Shown piece by piece: positions 48,595-61,379 of a stretch of 64,000 bases of DNA (its first letter is position 1; the number at the start of each line of letters is the position of its first letter). The notes under the pieces are model-generated. The model ran no database searches, had not been told where the DNA came from, and saw nothing but the letters and a program-made list of their open reading frames with translations. A program made the translations under genes and the position numbers. Where the stretch lies: NCBI GenBank assembly GCA_013239625.1, contig MU053365.1:124001-188000 (forward strand), given 5' to 3'. Source of the DNA: Lama guanicoe. Taxonomy: Eukaryota.

Positions 48595-49062
48595 TGTGAT
48601 GGCTAATTTTATACGTCAACCACGCAGGGCTAAAGGATTCTCAGTGAGCGAGCAAAACATGATTTCTGGGTGTGTCCATGAGGGCGTCTCTGGAAGACAT
48701 TAGCATTTGAATCAGTAGACAGAGGAAAAACAGCTCACCCTGAGCAATGCAGATGAGCACCATCCAGTCCTCTGAGGGCCCGCACAAAGCAAAAAGGCAG
48801 GGGAAGTGTGGGTTCATCCTGTCTTCTTGAGCTAGGACATCCACCGTTTCCTGCCATTGGATGGAGGTGATCCTGGTTCTCAGGCTTTTGGACTCAGACC
48901 ATAACTTATTCCATCAGTCCCCTGATCCTCAGGCCCTTTGGACTTAGACTGAATTACACCACCAGCTTTCCTGGGTCTCCAGCTTGCAGATAGCAGATCG
49001 TGGGACTTCTTGGCCTCCGTGACCATTATATATTGTTTCTGCAGAGAACTCTGACTCATACA
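48595..49062 (+). mobile_element. ERVL solo LTR (MLT2B-like)
   Basis: tgtgatggctaattttatacgtcaac...ttagcatttgaatcagtagac...gggtctccagcttgcagatagcagatcgtgggacttct...gagaactctgactcataca. Confidence 0.88.
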
Positions 49063-49102
49063 GTGCCCATGGTTGCAGAAGATGGTAAGTTACAGCAGAG
49101 AA

Positions 49103-49531
49103 TGTGGCAAAGATGGACTGGCTCCTCATCAATCCTGCTTCCTCTCCCTGGCCACACAGGAGGATTACATTTCCCAGCCACCTTTGTGGTCACATTGGAG
49201 CATGTGACCACATTCTGGCTAATAGAATGTGGGCAGAAGTGACAGTGTGCCATTTCTAAGCCTGGCCATAAAATCTCCTGCACAACTGTCCATGCTCTCT
49301 CCCTTCCCCTTCTTGAGAGACCATGGAGTCTATATGTTGAAGGCTGCAGCATCGCTAGATGGAAGTAACCTGGATCCCTGGATCATCATCTGGAAAAGAG
49401 CCACCGATGAGAGCTGTCCCATCTGCATTAGCTCTTGATGTGAATGAGAAATAAATCTTTATTGTGTTAAGCAGCTGAGATTCAGGGCTTGTATGTCACA
49501 GCAGCTCGTGCTACCTGTCCTGACCAATACA
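49103..49531 (+). mobile_element. MaLR solo LTR (MLT1I/J-like)
   Basis: tgtggca...acatttcccagcc...ttctggctaatagaatgtgggcagaagtga...gagaaataaatctttattgtgttaagc...tgaccaataca. Confidence 0.8.
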
Positions 49532-49544
49532 GGAACAGAGACCT

Positions 49545-49910
49545 TGATGATTCATCAAATAATTATTGAACGTCCATGCTAGGTTCCCACGTACCATGCT
49601 ATGTTCTAGAAATGCAGGATTGAGCACATCAGACATGGTCGGTCCCTACACTCAGAACCTCCAGTTGCACAAATGCACAAATATAAGTAAAATTGCACCT
49701 GGTGGTAAGGGGTAAAAAAGAAAGGTGCATGGCATGGTGAGAATGTATAATAAGGGGGTCTGACCTATTCTCTTGGGGAGGGGATTAAGGATGGCAGTGA
49801 CAGCCGAGCTGTCTGAAGGCCGAGCAGGCATCAGCTAGGTAAGGAAGCGGGGAGAGCTTTCCAGGCAGAGAGAGCAAGCAGCCTGTGTGTCAAACTGAAA
49901 GGAGGCCAGA
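49545..49910 (-). mobile_element. L2 fragment
   Basis: ttcatcaaataattattgaac...agacatggtc...gagctttccaggcagagagagcaagcagc. Confidence 0.55.
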
Positions 49911-51509
49911 GGGGTTGATTCTCTGGTAATTTTTAGCTGTAGTAACCTGCTCATTAGTCAAAACTTGCTCATTTGCTTCTTTTAATAGCATCCCTTCCTC
50001 ATCATTAGGGCCAAGCTGCAGAAATGACTTCACCTGCATTTGTTCTTTACCAGAGATTCTAAGATAGGGAGAAACACAAATGTGGTGCGAGGGGACTTTC
50101 TGAAGGTGCCCCTTGGCATAATCAGGGTTCCATTTTAATGATAAACAGGAACTTCTCATTTGGAGCTCTTGTAGTTTATCATATCAGAGCATACCCAAGG
50201 ATTATTGACACTAAAATCCCCAACCACGTGTCACAGTCTGCTTGGGGACCCCTTAATCCGTGGGATATTGACACCATCGACCATAACGACTTCTTTGGAT
50301 GGGAAATAAAATAACTACGTGATATTGCTGCAGCACAGTAAAAATGGAAGCTGTAAACTCAACAGTGTGAAATAGTTTATTTTCTTTTTTATACAACAGA
50401 TGTTGTTTGACCTAGAAGAAGGAATAGTATTATAGAAATTGTTATCAGTCTGAAGGAAAAAAAGATGTCTAAAAATAAAATACAAATAGCAGCTGCTTGA
50501 ACTGTCTTCCTAATATATCAGAGTTGACAGCTCTTACTTTTTCATTTGAGTTGGGATTTGCAAGGAGGCATTTGAATGAGAAGATTGTCTCAGGAGGGCA
50601 TCCACGTGTATGGCATGTGGCCCTTTCTGGCACCAAGAGGCCTCATAGGCTCAGGACATCTCTGAACGTCTGGCATTAAACCCTGGGACCAAAAGAAATC
50701 CCATATCTGTGGATCGGGGGCTCTCAAGAGCCCCCTTCCTTTGCCATGAGATGCCCTGGCTTTCTTTTGCCTCTCTTCCCTCCTGACCACTGATTTTGAG
50801 GATGCACTGACATGTAGTTTTCCATTTTTTGCAGACGGCCTCTATTTTCTACCACAACCTTATTTCTTCTTCAGTGGAGGATCTCAGTAAAAACTGTAAC
50901 GAGGCAGGAGACGTAATGATAAAACCATTCAAAGAACTGAAAGCAGGATATGCCACTGGATTGGACAGTATTCATGAGTGGAGAGCCACAATAGTTTGAG
51001 AACTACAGAGAAATCTTCCAATTCGTGCTTTTGTTCAGTTGGACCTTGCCATTAGCTGTAGACAAATAACAGCTATTTGTTTACTCACACAACAATGAAC
51101 TCTTCTCTTGTCCTTGTCTCCTCCAGCTGGATCTACGCACCAGCTTTGGGCTCTGTCTTCTCCCGTTCCTGAGATTATCCTGATTGCAACACACGATGGT
51201 GGAACAGCGTGATGTGATTTCGGGTGCTGTTCCTCAGCCCACAGAAGCTAGCTGTTCTTTGAGGATACGGTGGTTCTTGGCACTCTCAAGTCCTGCCAGC
51301 CAGCTCCCACTCCACAGTGGGTACCCGGACCACAGACTCCAACAGTGATCTGTTCCTTGGCACCTTGCTGCTATCCTTCACCTCCTTGGGCCCCTTGGTA
51401 GCAGCAATCTCTTGATCCACATCTGAATGTGCTTTTCCTTCTAAATACTTCCTCCAGTCTCTCGGTTCAGCCCTGTGGAATGGAGGCACACAGCCCTGTT
51501 TCTTTTCCT

Positions 51510-52410
51510 TCACCCTGCGTGCCTTGCTTCTAAAATACTTCCTGAGTATTTCTTTTCCTCCAGTCCCTGACATCTCTACCTCAGTTCAGGCTGCCATTAT
51601 CTCTTACTTGGACTATTTCAACAATCTTCCCATGTGGGTACAGCATTTCTTCCTTGAAACCATCCTCTGATCTTTCTGGAAGCCAGAGGGATCTTTCTAG
51701 AATGAAAACCTAAGCAGCTGCTTCCTTGATTGAAACCTTTCAATAGCTTCTCATTACTGCAATGATCATTCAAACTTCTTAACATGGTTTCATGATCAGG
51801 CTCCTGCCTGTTTTCGGAGCCTTGTCTCTTGTTTCTTCCCCATTGGCCAGACTAAACTTGGCTTTCTAACCAGACTAAGCTTCCTTAGGTTTCCATAGCA
51901 TATCCTGTTCCTCCTTGTCTCCAGGCCTTTGACCATGAACTTCCCTCGGCCTGCAAACTTCTTTCCCCCTCCTTCTGGCTGGTGCTGCTCCTTCCTCTGA
52001 TCTCATCTTACATGCCACTTCCTCTGTCATCTCTCTCTCTTTTTTTAATGGAAGCGCTGGGGGTTGAAACCATGACCTCGTGCATGCTAAGCCCGCACTC
52101 TATCACTGAGCTACACCCTCCCCCGCACCCATCATCTCTTGCGACTAAGTGCTTTCTCTTAGTGTTGGTGTAGTGCCTTGCCTACCTCCGTCACCACACT
52201 GATCATAATGAATTTTAATTAGGTTATATGTGTGCTCCCTGCTACCTTGCGATCTCTTTGGAGTCCAAGGCCACATCTTCTTTCACGCTGTATTCCTGGT
52301 TCTTCACAGCAAAAAACAATACGAGATCTCTGCCCACAAAGAGATCACAGAGTCGCCTGTCACTTTGGGTACAGCAAATGTTTGTAATGTAAATGGAGAA
52401 ATGACAAATG
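51510..52410 (+). mobile_element. L2 3' region with a nested SINE
   Basis: cagttcaggctgccattatctcttacttggactatttcaacaatcttcc...agccagagggatcttt...ccaggcctttg. Confidence 0.75.
52040..52124 (-). mobile_element. tRNA-Ala-derived SINE (Vic-1 type), short tail
   Basis: ttttttaatggaagcgctgggggttgaaaccatgacctcgtgcatgctaagcccgcactctatcactgagctacaccctcccc; partial TSD tcatctct. Confidence 0.88.
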
Positions 52411-53814
52411 AGGAGCAAGTTCAAGGTGTGACAACTGCATACCCCTCTCCTGTCCCTGTCCAGTGCCCTGGTGCTTCTGTTTCCTTTCTGTAGCTGATCA
52501 AGGTGGTCCTCCGGCCAGCCCTGCACTGCAGAAATTGGCAGATCCGGTCGCCTTGCTGTTGGTGAAAGACGTGGGGGATCCTTTTGGAGGTTTATCCATC
52601 TAGTTTGTATTTCCCCTAGAAAGTCTTGACAAGCAGCCTGTGCACTGAAGTAGTTGACATTGAAGAAGACCAGCAAGCCATTTTTTAGATGCCAGGGCGG
52701 CTGAAATTCAGTTTGCTGCAAAACAGATACCATCCATTTTGATTTTTATACAAATGCGCTAAACTCCATTCTTTTCTCTGGGCTGCCCTGTCACAGGGGG
52801 ATTCATGATTTTCACTGGCCATTTGTTTGTCTCTGGCCTTGCTGTTCACAGAGGGAGGCATGTCCTTTGGATTGATGGCACAATTGTCGCAAAGGGTACT
52901 GTTTTCAAGTAATATCAGGAGGCTTTTGTACTCTGCGGCTTAGTTAAATCAGAAAGACACAGCTTTGGTCTGAGAGGGAAGGAAGCTTTGGTGATTGCTA
53001 AGCAAACCCCAGGCCATTCTGCAGCCTCCTGCTAGGATGGAGGCTTGGGATTGGAACAGAGCCAGAAGGTAGCTCCGTGGATTGGTTCCTGATCACCTTG
53101 ATGCCACAGGTATTTCCTGAATATTTGTTACGTGTCATCATGCCCAGAGGTGATGTCTCAGGTGCACTCCCCATTCTCAGGAAGCCTCCTCAACCCATCT
53201 CTCTTTCTCCAAAAGGGAGGCTTATTTTATCTTCTCTCTGCATGAGAGCTGGAAACCAGAAGACTCTTCTGAGCACTCTACAATTTGGGACAATCACAAT
53301 AGACCACCCAGGGAACCTTGAGAAGTTGATGGGAAGGTGGCACTGCCAGCTGCCTGGGGACCTCTTACAGGACTAGAAGCACGCTGACCCCTTCCATGGC
53401 TGCTGGAGGTCACGTGCTCCCTCTCTATGCCCACAGCCAGGGATCGTGGCTCCCGGTGGGGTTCACCTGAGGACTCTGCATGGGCTTCTTAGCAGAAGCT
53501 TCCAGCTGCCCTAGACCAGAGACAAGTGCTGGCTGGCTGATGCCTGTGTCCATGAGTGGGAGGGGTCCTGGAGATTCCACATTCAGGCAGAATTCCTTTT
53601 CCTAAAGAGTTGCCCCTCAAATTGGGTAAGGTTTATGCAAAACCAAACCTGGAGCCACCCCTGGCAGAATGATTTGACTGTTTTCTTCTGTGTCCATTTG
53701 TACTAGAGTTTATCTTATTTACTTTTTTACCAATGCTTTCTCTATTTTGATGTTTTAGCCTCTTATGTGGTGATACAAGACTAGCCTGTATCAAAAAAGG
53801 AAGCTGAGTTTCCT

Positions 53815-54090
53815 GTTCATTCATTCCTGCCCTCACTCACTCACAAATATTTGTCTAACCCCTTCTATGTGTCAGGCACTGGTAAAGGTGAAAAGTCTCA
53901 AGGTCCCTACCCTCTAGGATCTTGCATTTTTGTGGGGGAAATAGAGAATCAGTAGTCATACTAATACATGTGAAATTGCAATGATGAAAGATGCTCCAAG
54001 TGAAAGGTCCATTGGCCCTCAACAGCCTATAAATAAGGGATTTGTTCTGGCCCAAGGATCAGGAAGGGCTCTCTGTGGAAGTGCTCTCTT
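53815..54090 (-). mobile_element. L2 3' end
   Basis: ttcattcattc...caaatatttg...ctatgtgtcaggcactg...aggtccctaccctc...atcaggaagggctctctgtggaagtg. Confidence 0.65.
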
Positions 54091-54464
54091 AATCAAATCT
54101 TCTAGGCCCTCCAGGATCTTCCTCTAGGCAGCCAGTGATGCTAGGCTTGGCCTCAAGGACAAATGCATGGAGACAGGGGTCAGTTTTAAAACAACGTCAC
54201 TGCCCTTGGCAAGTCAGGGTAATGGCCACCTAGCAAGTGCATGGAGTGCCTTACAGCACTCATCAGCTGCGCCTTATGTATACATTCTCCATCTGACATT
54301 CCATCTAATAACATCCTGAACCAAACCTTTGGGAGTAGTCATTCCTTGTGAGAATGTGGACCCATCAATGGTGCTCACTTCTAGCCTCAACTGGTATCAA
54401 CTCTCTTAAATTTCCTAGATTCTAATTTAGCAGGCTTTCAACTTGACCTCTCAATGGAGGCCAC

Positions 54465-54745
54465 CTGACATAGTAGGAAGAAAATATTCTTTTGACTTAG
54501 GTCTGGATTCGTATTGTGGTTCTGCAGCTTCTCAGTGTGATCTTGAGCAAATTACTTATCTTCTCTGAGCCCCAGTTTCCTCATGTGTTTTTTTAAAGTG
54601 TAAAATCCAGTGATTTTTAGTAAGTTTACTGTGTTGCACAACCATCACTGAAACTCAGTTTTAGAACATTTTCATCATACTTTCATCTGTTAAAGGAGAA
54701 TAATACCCATAGTAAAAGGTTTTTATAAGGATGAAGTGAGATCTT
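54465..54745 (+). mobile_element. MIR split by a ~90-bp antisense L1MB-like fragment (54590-54682)
   Basis: MIR ...tctctgagccccagtttcctcat resumes as tcatctgttaaagg; near-TSD tcatgtgtt 54581-54589 and tcatctgtt 54683-54691. Confidence 0.7.
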
Positions 54746-55714
54746 TATAAAGAGATATTTTGTGTTTTCAACACAGAAAATGCTCAAAAATGGTATGAAA
54801 AGTGACTTTAGCAAAATGCCAGAATAAGGAAATCTAAAATTCTGCCCCTCCAGAGAAACAATGAAAAATGGCAAAAATTGTCATAATCAACATTTTTGGA
54901 ACTTTGGAAGTTACATAAATGTTTTCATCAACCCAAGGGGTGGGCACTTATTTTTAAAAATACACAACTGAATCTCAGTAAGAACAGCATGCTTCATGGT
55001 GTTTTCATTCACCCTAGTCCCATCCCCCACTACCCATTTCGGGTGTAACCTTGAAATTAACAGCCCACATTCCTGATTCTGGAGGGAGCAGAACAGATTT
55101 CAAGCAAAGAATTGTCATTATTGCATCTGTCTCATGATTCCCTGGAAGACCTCCTCAAAAATTCTCTATTTCAATTGACTCAGAAGTTACCCAATGCTGA
55201 AGTTGCTACCCTGGGGCACAGGCAGAAGTTTTAGTCTCATTGCTTGAGGCAATGAATAACAATTGGGACAAACACTAGACTAACCAAAAAGGTTTGGAGG
55301 AAAGGCTGGAGGATGAGATGTCCATAAGGGCTGTATAAAGCTCCAAAAATTAAGATCATCCAGTTTTAAGAAAAGGAAGAAAAAATGAATGAAGAAAAAT
55401 GAACAGGGCTTCAGAGACCTGTGGGACACCATCAAGTCTACCAACATATGCATAATGGGAGTCCCAGAAGGGAGGAAAGACAAAGGAACAAAAAGAATAT
55501 CTAAAGAAATAATGATTGAAAATTGTCCAATTTTTGGAAGAAACATTAATCTGTACATCCAAGAAGATCAGTGAACTCTGAGTAGGATAAACTTAAAGAG
55601 ATACACACCTGGACACTTCATAATCGAATTGTTGTAAGACAAAGACAAAGATAGTATCTTGAAAGCAACAAGGGAGAAGTAACTCACCATGTACAATGAA
55701 TCCTCAATAAAATT

Positions 55715-56194
55715 CTTTTCTTTTTTTAAAAAATTCTTTTAACATTTTTTATTGATTTATAATCATTTTACAATGTTGTGTCAAATTCCAGTGTAGAGCA
55801 CAATTTTTCAGTTACACATGAACATATATATATTCATTGTCATATTTTTTTCTCTGTGAGCTACCATAAGATCTTGTATATATTTCCCTGTACTATACAG
55901 TATAATCTTGTTTATCTGTTCTACAATTTTGAAATCCCGTCTATCCCTTCTCACCCTCTGCCCCCTTGGCAACCACAAGTTTGTTATTTCTGTTTTGCAT
56001 TTATGCTTTGTTTTTTGTTTTTTGGTTTTTTTTTTAGATTCCACATATGAGCGATCTCATATGGTTTTTTTCTTTCTCTTTCTGGCTTACTTCTTAGAAT
56101 GACATTCTCCAGGAGCATCCATGTTGCTGCAAATGGCGTTATGTTGCCAGTTTTTATGGCTGAGTAGTATTCCATTGTATAAATATACCACATC
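55715..56194 (-). mobile_element. Young 5'-truncated lineage-specific L1 3' end inserted in the older L1 ORF1
   Basis: Minus ORF MWYIYTMEYYSAIK...FAATWMLLENVILRS is the L1 ORF2p C-terminus; T-rich tail on the left; exact 14-bp TSD tcctcaataaaatt (55701-55714, 56195-56208). Confidence 0.92.
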
Positions 56195-57906
56195 TCCTCA
56201 ATAAAATTATAGCTGATTTCTCACCAGAAACTATGTAGGGCAGAAGATAGTGGAATGAAATATTCCAAGGTGCAGAAAGCAAAAAATCTTTCAACCAAGA
56301 ACTCTAGATCCAGCAAAACATTGTTGAAAGAAGTTTAAGACCAAAATAAATGAAAAGACAGCCCATGTTGATGGATTAGAAGACAATGTAGTTAAAATGG
56401 CAATGCTCCCCATATTCATGTCCAGATTCAATGCAACCCCTATTAAACTTGCATCTATTATAGAAATGAACAAGCTTATCCTAAAACTCGTATGGAAATG
56501 TAAGAAAACTTCAATAGCCAATCTTGTAGGAACAAATTGGAGGACTCATATTTCCTGATTTCAAAACTTACTACAAAGTGTCAGTAATCAAGACAGTGTA
56601 GTACTAGCATAAAGATAGACATAAAGATCAATGGAAGAAAATTGAAAGTCCAGAAATAAACCCTTATATTTATGGTCAATTGATATTTTACAAGAGTGAC
56701 AAGAAAATTCAATGGTGAGAAATAGTCTTTTAAACAAATGGGACTGGATATCCAGTCGGGAAAAGAATGAATGTGTATCTGTGTTTCATACCATAGACAA
56801 ATATTAACTCAAATGGATCAGATACCTAAATGTGAAAGCAGTGTCTATATAACTAAGAAAAACATATGGACATAAGTGTGACCTTGCCTAGGCAATGTTT
56901 TCTTGGATATGACACCAAAGCACAAGCAACTAAATAAAAAATAGTTAAATTAGGCTTCATCAAAAACAAAACTTTGATGTATCAAAATACACTGTGAAGA
57001 AAGTGAAAAGATAACCCACAGAATGGAAGAAAATATTTGCCAACCATATATTTATAAGGGATTTGTAGCCAGAATAGAATTTAGTAATAAAAAGACAAAT
57101 AACCAGATTAATAAATGGGCACATGAATCTTAATAGACATTTCTTCAAAGGAGATACACAAATGAGCGAGAAATGCATGAGAAGATGTTCAACATCATTA
57201 GGGAAATAGAAATCAAAACCACAATGAGATACCACTTAACACTTACAAGGAAGGCTATAATTTTTTTAAAATAGGAAAAAGCAAGCATTGGCAAGGATGT
57301 GTAGGAATTGGAACCCTCCTACACTGCTGATGGCAATGTAAAATGGTGCAGCTGCTGTGGAAATCAGTTTGGCAGTTCCTCAAAAAGTTAAACATAGAGT
57401 TACCATATGACCCAGCAATTCCATTCCTAGGTATATATCCAAGAGAAATGAAAACATATGTCTACACAAAACTTGTATGCAAATATTCATATTAGCATTA
57501 TTCATAATAGCCAAAAAGTAGCAACTACTCAAATGTTCATACAATGGAATATTATTCAGCCATAAAAGGCCTTAAGTACTGATACATGCTGCAACATAAC
57601 TTAAAAAACATTATACTAAGTGATAGAAGCCAGTCACACAAGTCCGCATATTGTATGATTTCCATTTACATTAAATATCCACAATAAGAAAAGCCATAGA
57701 GACTGAAGGTATATTAGTGCTTGCGAGGGATGGAAGGATGGGGAGGGAGAAAGAAGTGACTGCTAACAGGTAAGGGGTTTTTTGAGGAGGGGTAATGGAA
57801 ATATTCTGAAATTAGAGAGTGGTGATGGTTGTACAACATTGTGAACCTACTAAAAAAACCGCTGAATTGTGCATTTTTAAATGGTGAATTTTGCTATATG
57901 AATTTT

Positions 57907-58357
57907 TATAGACTTTATTTTTTAGATCAATTTTAGGTTCATGGCAAAACTGAGCAAAGGTACAGAGATTTCCCAAATACTCCCTCCCCCCAGCCCCCAA
58001 CACACAAAACCTCCTCCAGTATCAATATCCTGCACCAGAGTGGTACGATCGTTACAAATGATGAAGCTGCACTGACACATCATAATTACCCGGAGTCTGT
58101 AGTTTACAATAGGTTCGCTCTTGGTGTTGTACATTCTATTGGTTTTAACAAATGTGTAATGACACGTACCCACCATTGAAGGATCATACAGAATAATTTC
58201 ACCACCCTAAAAATCTGTGCTCTGCTGATTCATCCCTTCCTCTCTTCCCATCCCTAATAATAACTGATCCTTTTACTGTCTCTGTAGTTTTGCCTTTTCC
58301 AGAATGTTATATAGTTGAAACCATACAGCATGTAGCCTTTTCAGATTGGCTTCTTCC
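57907..58357 (-). mobile_element. L1MC1-like 3' end nested in the host L1 3' UTR
   Basis: gactttattttttagatcaattttaggttca...caccagagtggtac...cactgacacatcat...ttttgccttttccagaatgt; TSD atatgaatttt 57896-57906 and atgtgaatttt 58358-58368. Confidence 0.85.
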
Positions 58358-59164
58358 ATGTGAATTTTACCTCAATAAGAAGTTGCCCCAAAAGGGGTAG
58401 GAAAAATTATAGTAATGTCATGGGGTTGGTGGTAGTAGTTATTAATGAAACTCCTAGAAATAATTTTTTTTACCCAACATTTATTGACTGACTACAATAA
58501 GCATGTAATAATGAAGGCAAGGTAGCTCATGGCACTTACAGTTCAGTAGGGGAGACAGACACATAAACAGAAAATTAAAATGTCAGTCAGTCATTCAGCA
58601 AATATTTCTTGGGTAGCTCCTAAGGGCCAAGCACGTACGCACAGTATGGCGGGTGGGGATGTCCATAGGGGTCATGAGAGCACAGTGTTGGGGGAGAAGC
58701 AGAGCACCTTGGCCACATTCACCCAGTGGTGGGGTCAGCGCAAACATGACGCTCTGGGAGGGTTAGGGACATACTGGAGCATGTCTGAAACAGAGCGTCC
58801 AGGATGGAGAGGGTGTGTGAGGTCATATTGAACCCAGAAAAGAGAAGGCCCAGTGAGAACTAGTTGCTTTTCACTAATTATCCTATTGACGGTGGGGAGG
58901 TTGAGCAGGGAGCAGTCCCGGCGGGTCAGGCCCACAGGGCCAAGGTGAGGTGCCAGGAATGGGCGTGATGTGTGGTCCTGGTGGATGGAGCCAAAGGGTA
59001 AGGATCTAATGGGCTGTACTCAAAGGAGAGGGCCAAGGTCAAAGCAGAAAACAAGTCTAAAACCGGGCAACAGCTTTAGGGCGAAGACGGGAACAGAGAT
59101 TGAAGTACAAAGCCAAACAGGGGTCAACCCCAGGGGAGGCGAGGAGGAGGATTTGTGAGTAGGG

Positions 59165-59390
59165 GAAAAACAGTGATTAAGCCTGCATGATCTGGAGACC
59201 AATTGCCTGCTTGTGAATTTTGACTTGGCCACTTGCCAGCTTAATGACCTTGGGCAAGTAAATTAACTCCTCTGCGCTTCAGTTTCTGCATCTGGGGATA
59301 GCAATAGTACCTACTATTGTATCATAAAGATTCAATAAATCAATATACATGAAGCATTTAATACCTGGCAACAGGTGTTAGCTATTATTA
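59165..59390 (+). mobile_element. MIR
   Basis: gccacttgccagcttaatgaccttgggcaagtaaattaactcctctgcgcttcagtttctgcatctg...atagtacctac...gttagctattatta. Confidence 0.8.
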
Positions 59391-59877
59391 CAGCCAATGT
59401 TTTACGTGCTCCTCAGTCCCATTTGTGTTAGTAAGCTGAGGCATTGAAAGAGACTGAGGCAAAATATCAGCTCCCTATTTGGCCTGGAGGGATACTGGTC
59501 TTATTCTGCGAGACTCCCCAAGGGCGCCACTTTGAGTATGTAGCCCGGAGGAGAGCTGGCATCCCCTGGCCTCCCTCATCACCGGGCACCGTGACCGGGG
59601 CCATAGTTGAGAACTGCCCAGACACTTGGAGTGAAAGAGCTATGCCGAAGAGGGACACACAGCTGGGAGGACTGACCTCAAGGAGAGCCTGGGGGCTGAC
59701 ATTTGACCACAAATATCTTTCCTCCTCCCCTAACAGCCCCACCAATAAAGATTCTGTTGGAAGGCCAAGTTCCTCTCAGAATAGAAATCCATTTTCACTA
59801 AGTCCTTCTAGTAGCTGAGGGTCATAAATGAACTTAGAGTTGCAACAGGGCCACAGTGACCGTGTAGGAGCATCTGA

Positions 59878-60054
59878 GGACTACTTCTCGTCCATGGCTG
59901 CCCACTGGAAACACCTGGAGAGTTTGTACTGTATGAATACCCGGATCTCATCTCCAGAGATTCAGGATTAACTGTTGGTGTGGATTCTGGCCACGGGTAT
60001 GTTTAAAAAGGTCCTCAGGTCATTCTCTTGTGTAACCAGGGTTGAGGAGCACTG
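59878..60054. mobile_element. MER5B-like hAT-Charlie MITE
   Basis: ggctgcccactggaaacacctggagag...ccagagattc...caggtcattct...ccagggttgaggagcactg. Confidence 0.7.
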
Positions 60055-61379
60055 AGCTAAAGATAACGGCCAAGCCTGAGCGAGTGATTTAAACCAAGTT
60101 GACAACCTGGGAACTTTGATAGTCTCCGTTTCCTTCAATTCGCCACTCTTATCATATGGCGTGCATGACACTGTCCCAGAGCAGTGACCCAACCAGCCTG
60201 ACACCACCAAGCCTACACACATATGAGCCTTTGAGCATAGACTGGATGTGCAAGTGTGGCGTTTCCATGGGCAATATCTGCAACAGAGAGCAGGAGCCTT
60301 GCCAGGTACTTCCAGGACGACAGTGGTTTGCAGGATTAGCTGTTTATGAGTAAATAAAGAATTTGTACTGTTAACTTGCAAAAGGATTTGCTTTGCTGAA
60401 TTCACTTATTTTCAGTGATTTGCTTTAAGAATGTTTGAATGTGTTTACCACAGACAACATGACAACCTGAGCCTATTTTAATTTATTAGGCATATAATGG
60501 TTTTGGGTGGTCAAGTGAAGTTTGATTGTCTGATAGAGCATAATAGAGTCATAATCTGACTGCCGCAATCTCCACAAATGGTGATGTGATGTATGTGTGT
60601 AACCATCAGCTACCAATCTTATAAACATGGACAATAGCAGACTTCTGGCCTCTGATCTACAAAAGCATAAAGCAGACCAACTTTCTAAGCCAAGAAGAAA
60701 CACATGACTTGTCAAGATTCACAAAATTGACACTCTGTGTGGTCTATAAAATTATACTAAGGATTTGGCCTATAATCTTCAAAATCTGAGATGATGAGAA
60801 GGGCCATCTGAAAATTGCCACTGACAGCTCTTTAAAAAAAGTGTTTGCAGTATGGCTGAGGGTGTTGCCAATTTACCACAAATTTCCCAGTCAAGGAGGC
60901 AGATGAACCAATGAAAGTGCCCTCAACCATCCCAGTAAGGGCTCAGCTTGTCAAGATTCGGAATGGCTTAGGGTAGGCCACTTCGGTAATGGAATTATCC
61001 TTGAGCTTGAGCTTGGCTGTTGTGCACAGCAATTTTAATGTGGGGAGCTGACAGAATGCTTAATCTTAGAGAAGATGCGCTGGAATAATTGTTACTTCTG
61101 CATATTGATAGCTGGGAGGTGTGGGTATGTAGGGCCATGACCTGGCTTCTGTATCTGATCTGCCCACCTGTGTCTCCACATGTGAATTTGGAAGTCAGGC
61201 TTCTTCCATTCAGCAACCTTGAAGAGGTACCTACTATATGTAAGGAGTTTGAGGTTCAAAGGTGAATGTAATTTGGTCATTGCCCTTGAGAAGCTCATAG
61301 TCCAGCAGAAAGTGTAGGCACATAGACCAATGTAACAGAAGAGTCTAAAACTTGATGCCCCTTATGCTGCTCTTCACCA

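Larger units (their letters stand above)
54800..58385 (+). mobile_element. Internally deleted old L1 (5' UTR, ORF1 remnant, ORF2 C-terminal part, L1MB7-like 3' UTR)
   Basis: ORF 55389-55574 NEQGFRDLWDTIKSTNICIMGVPEG matches L1 ORF1p; the ORF2 end includes cctgatttcaaaacttactacaaag and ccatatgacccagcaattccattcctaggtatata; 3' end gtgaattttacctcaataa. Confidence 0.88.

Noticed and set aside
50200..51010. Possible exon VEDLSKNCNEAGDVMIKPFKELKAGY after ttcttcAG, or a hAT internal relic
   Set aside because: The frame ends in a stop inside a Charlie-like terminus (gtttgagaactac); neither reading is well enough supported to list as a feature
55389..55574. L1 ORF1p-like, ORF2p C-terminal (55984-56193) and RT-like (62907-63122) ORFs as genes
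   Set aside because: Short remnants of dead L1 copies with stops, frameshifts and deletions; the RT motif is mutated to FAED
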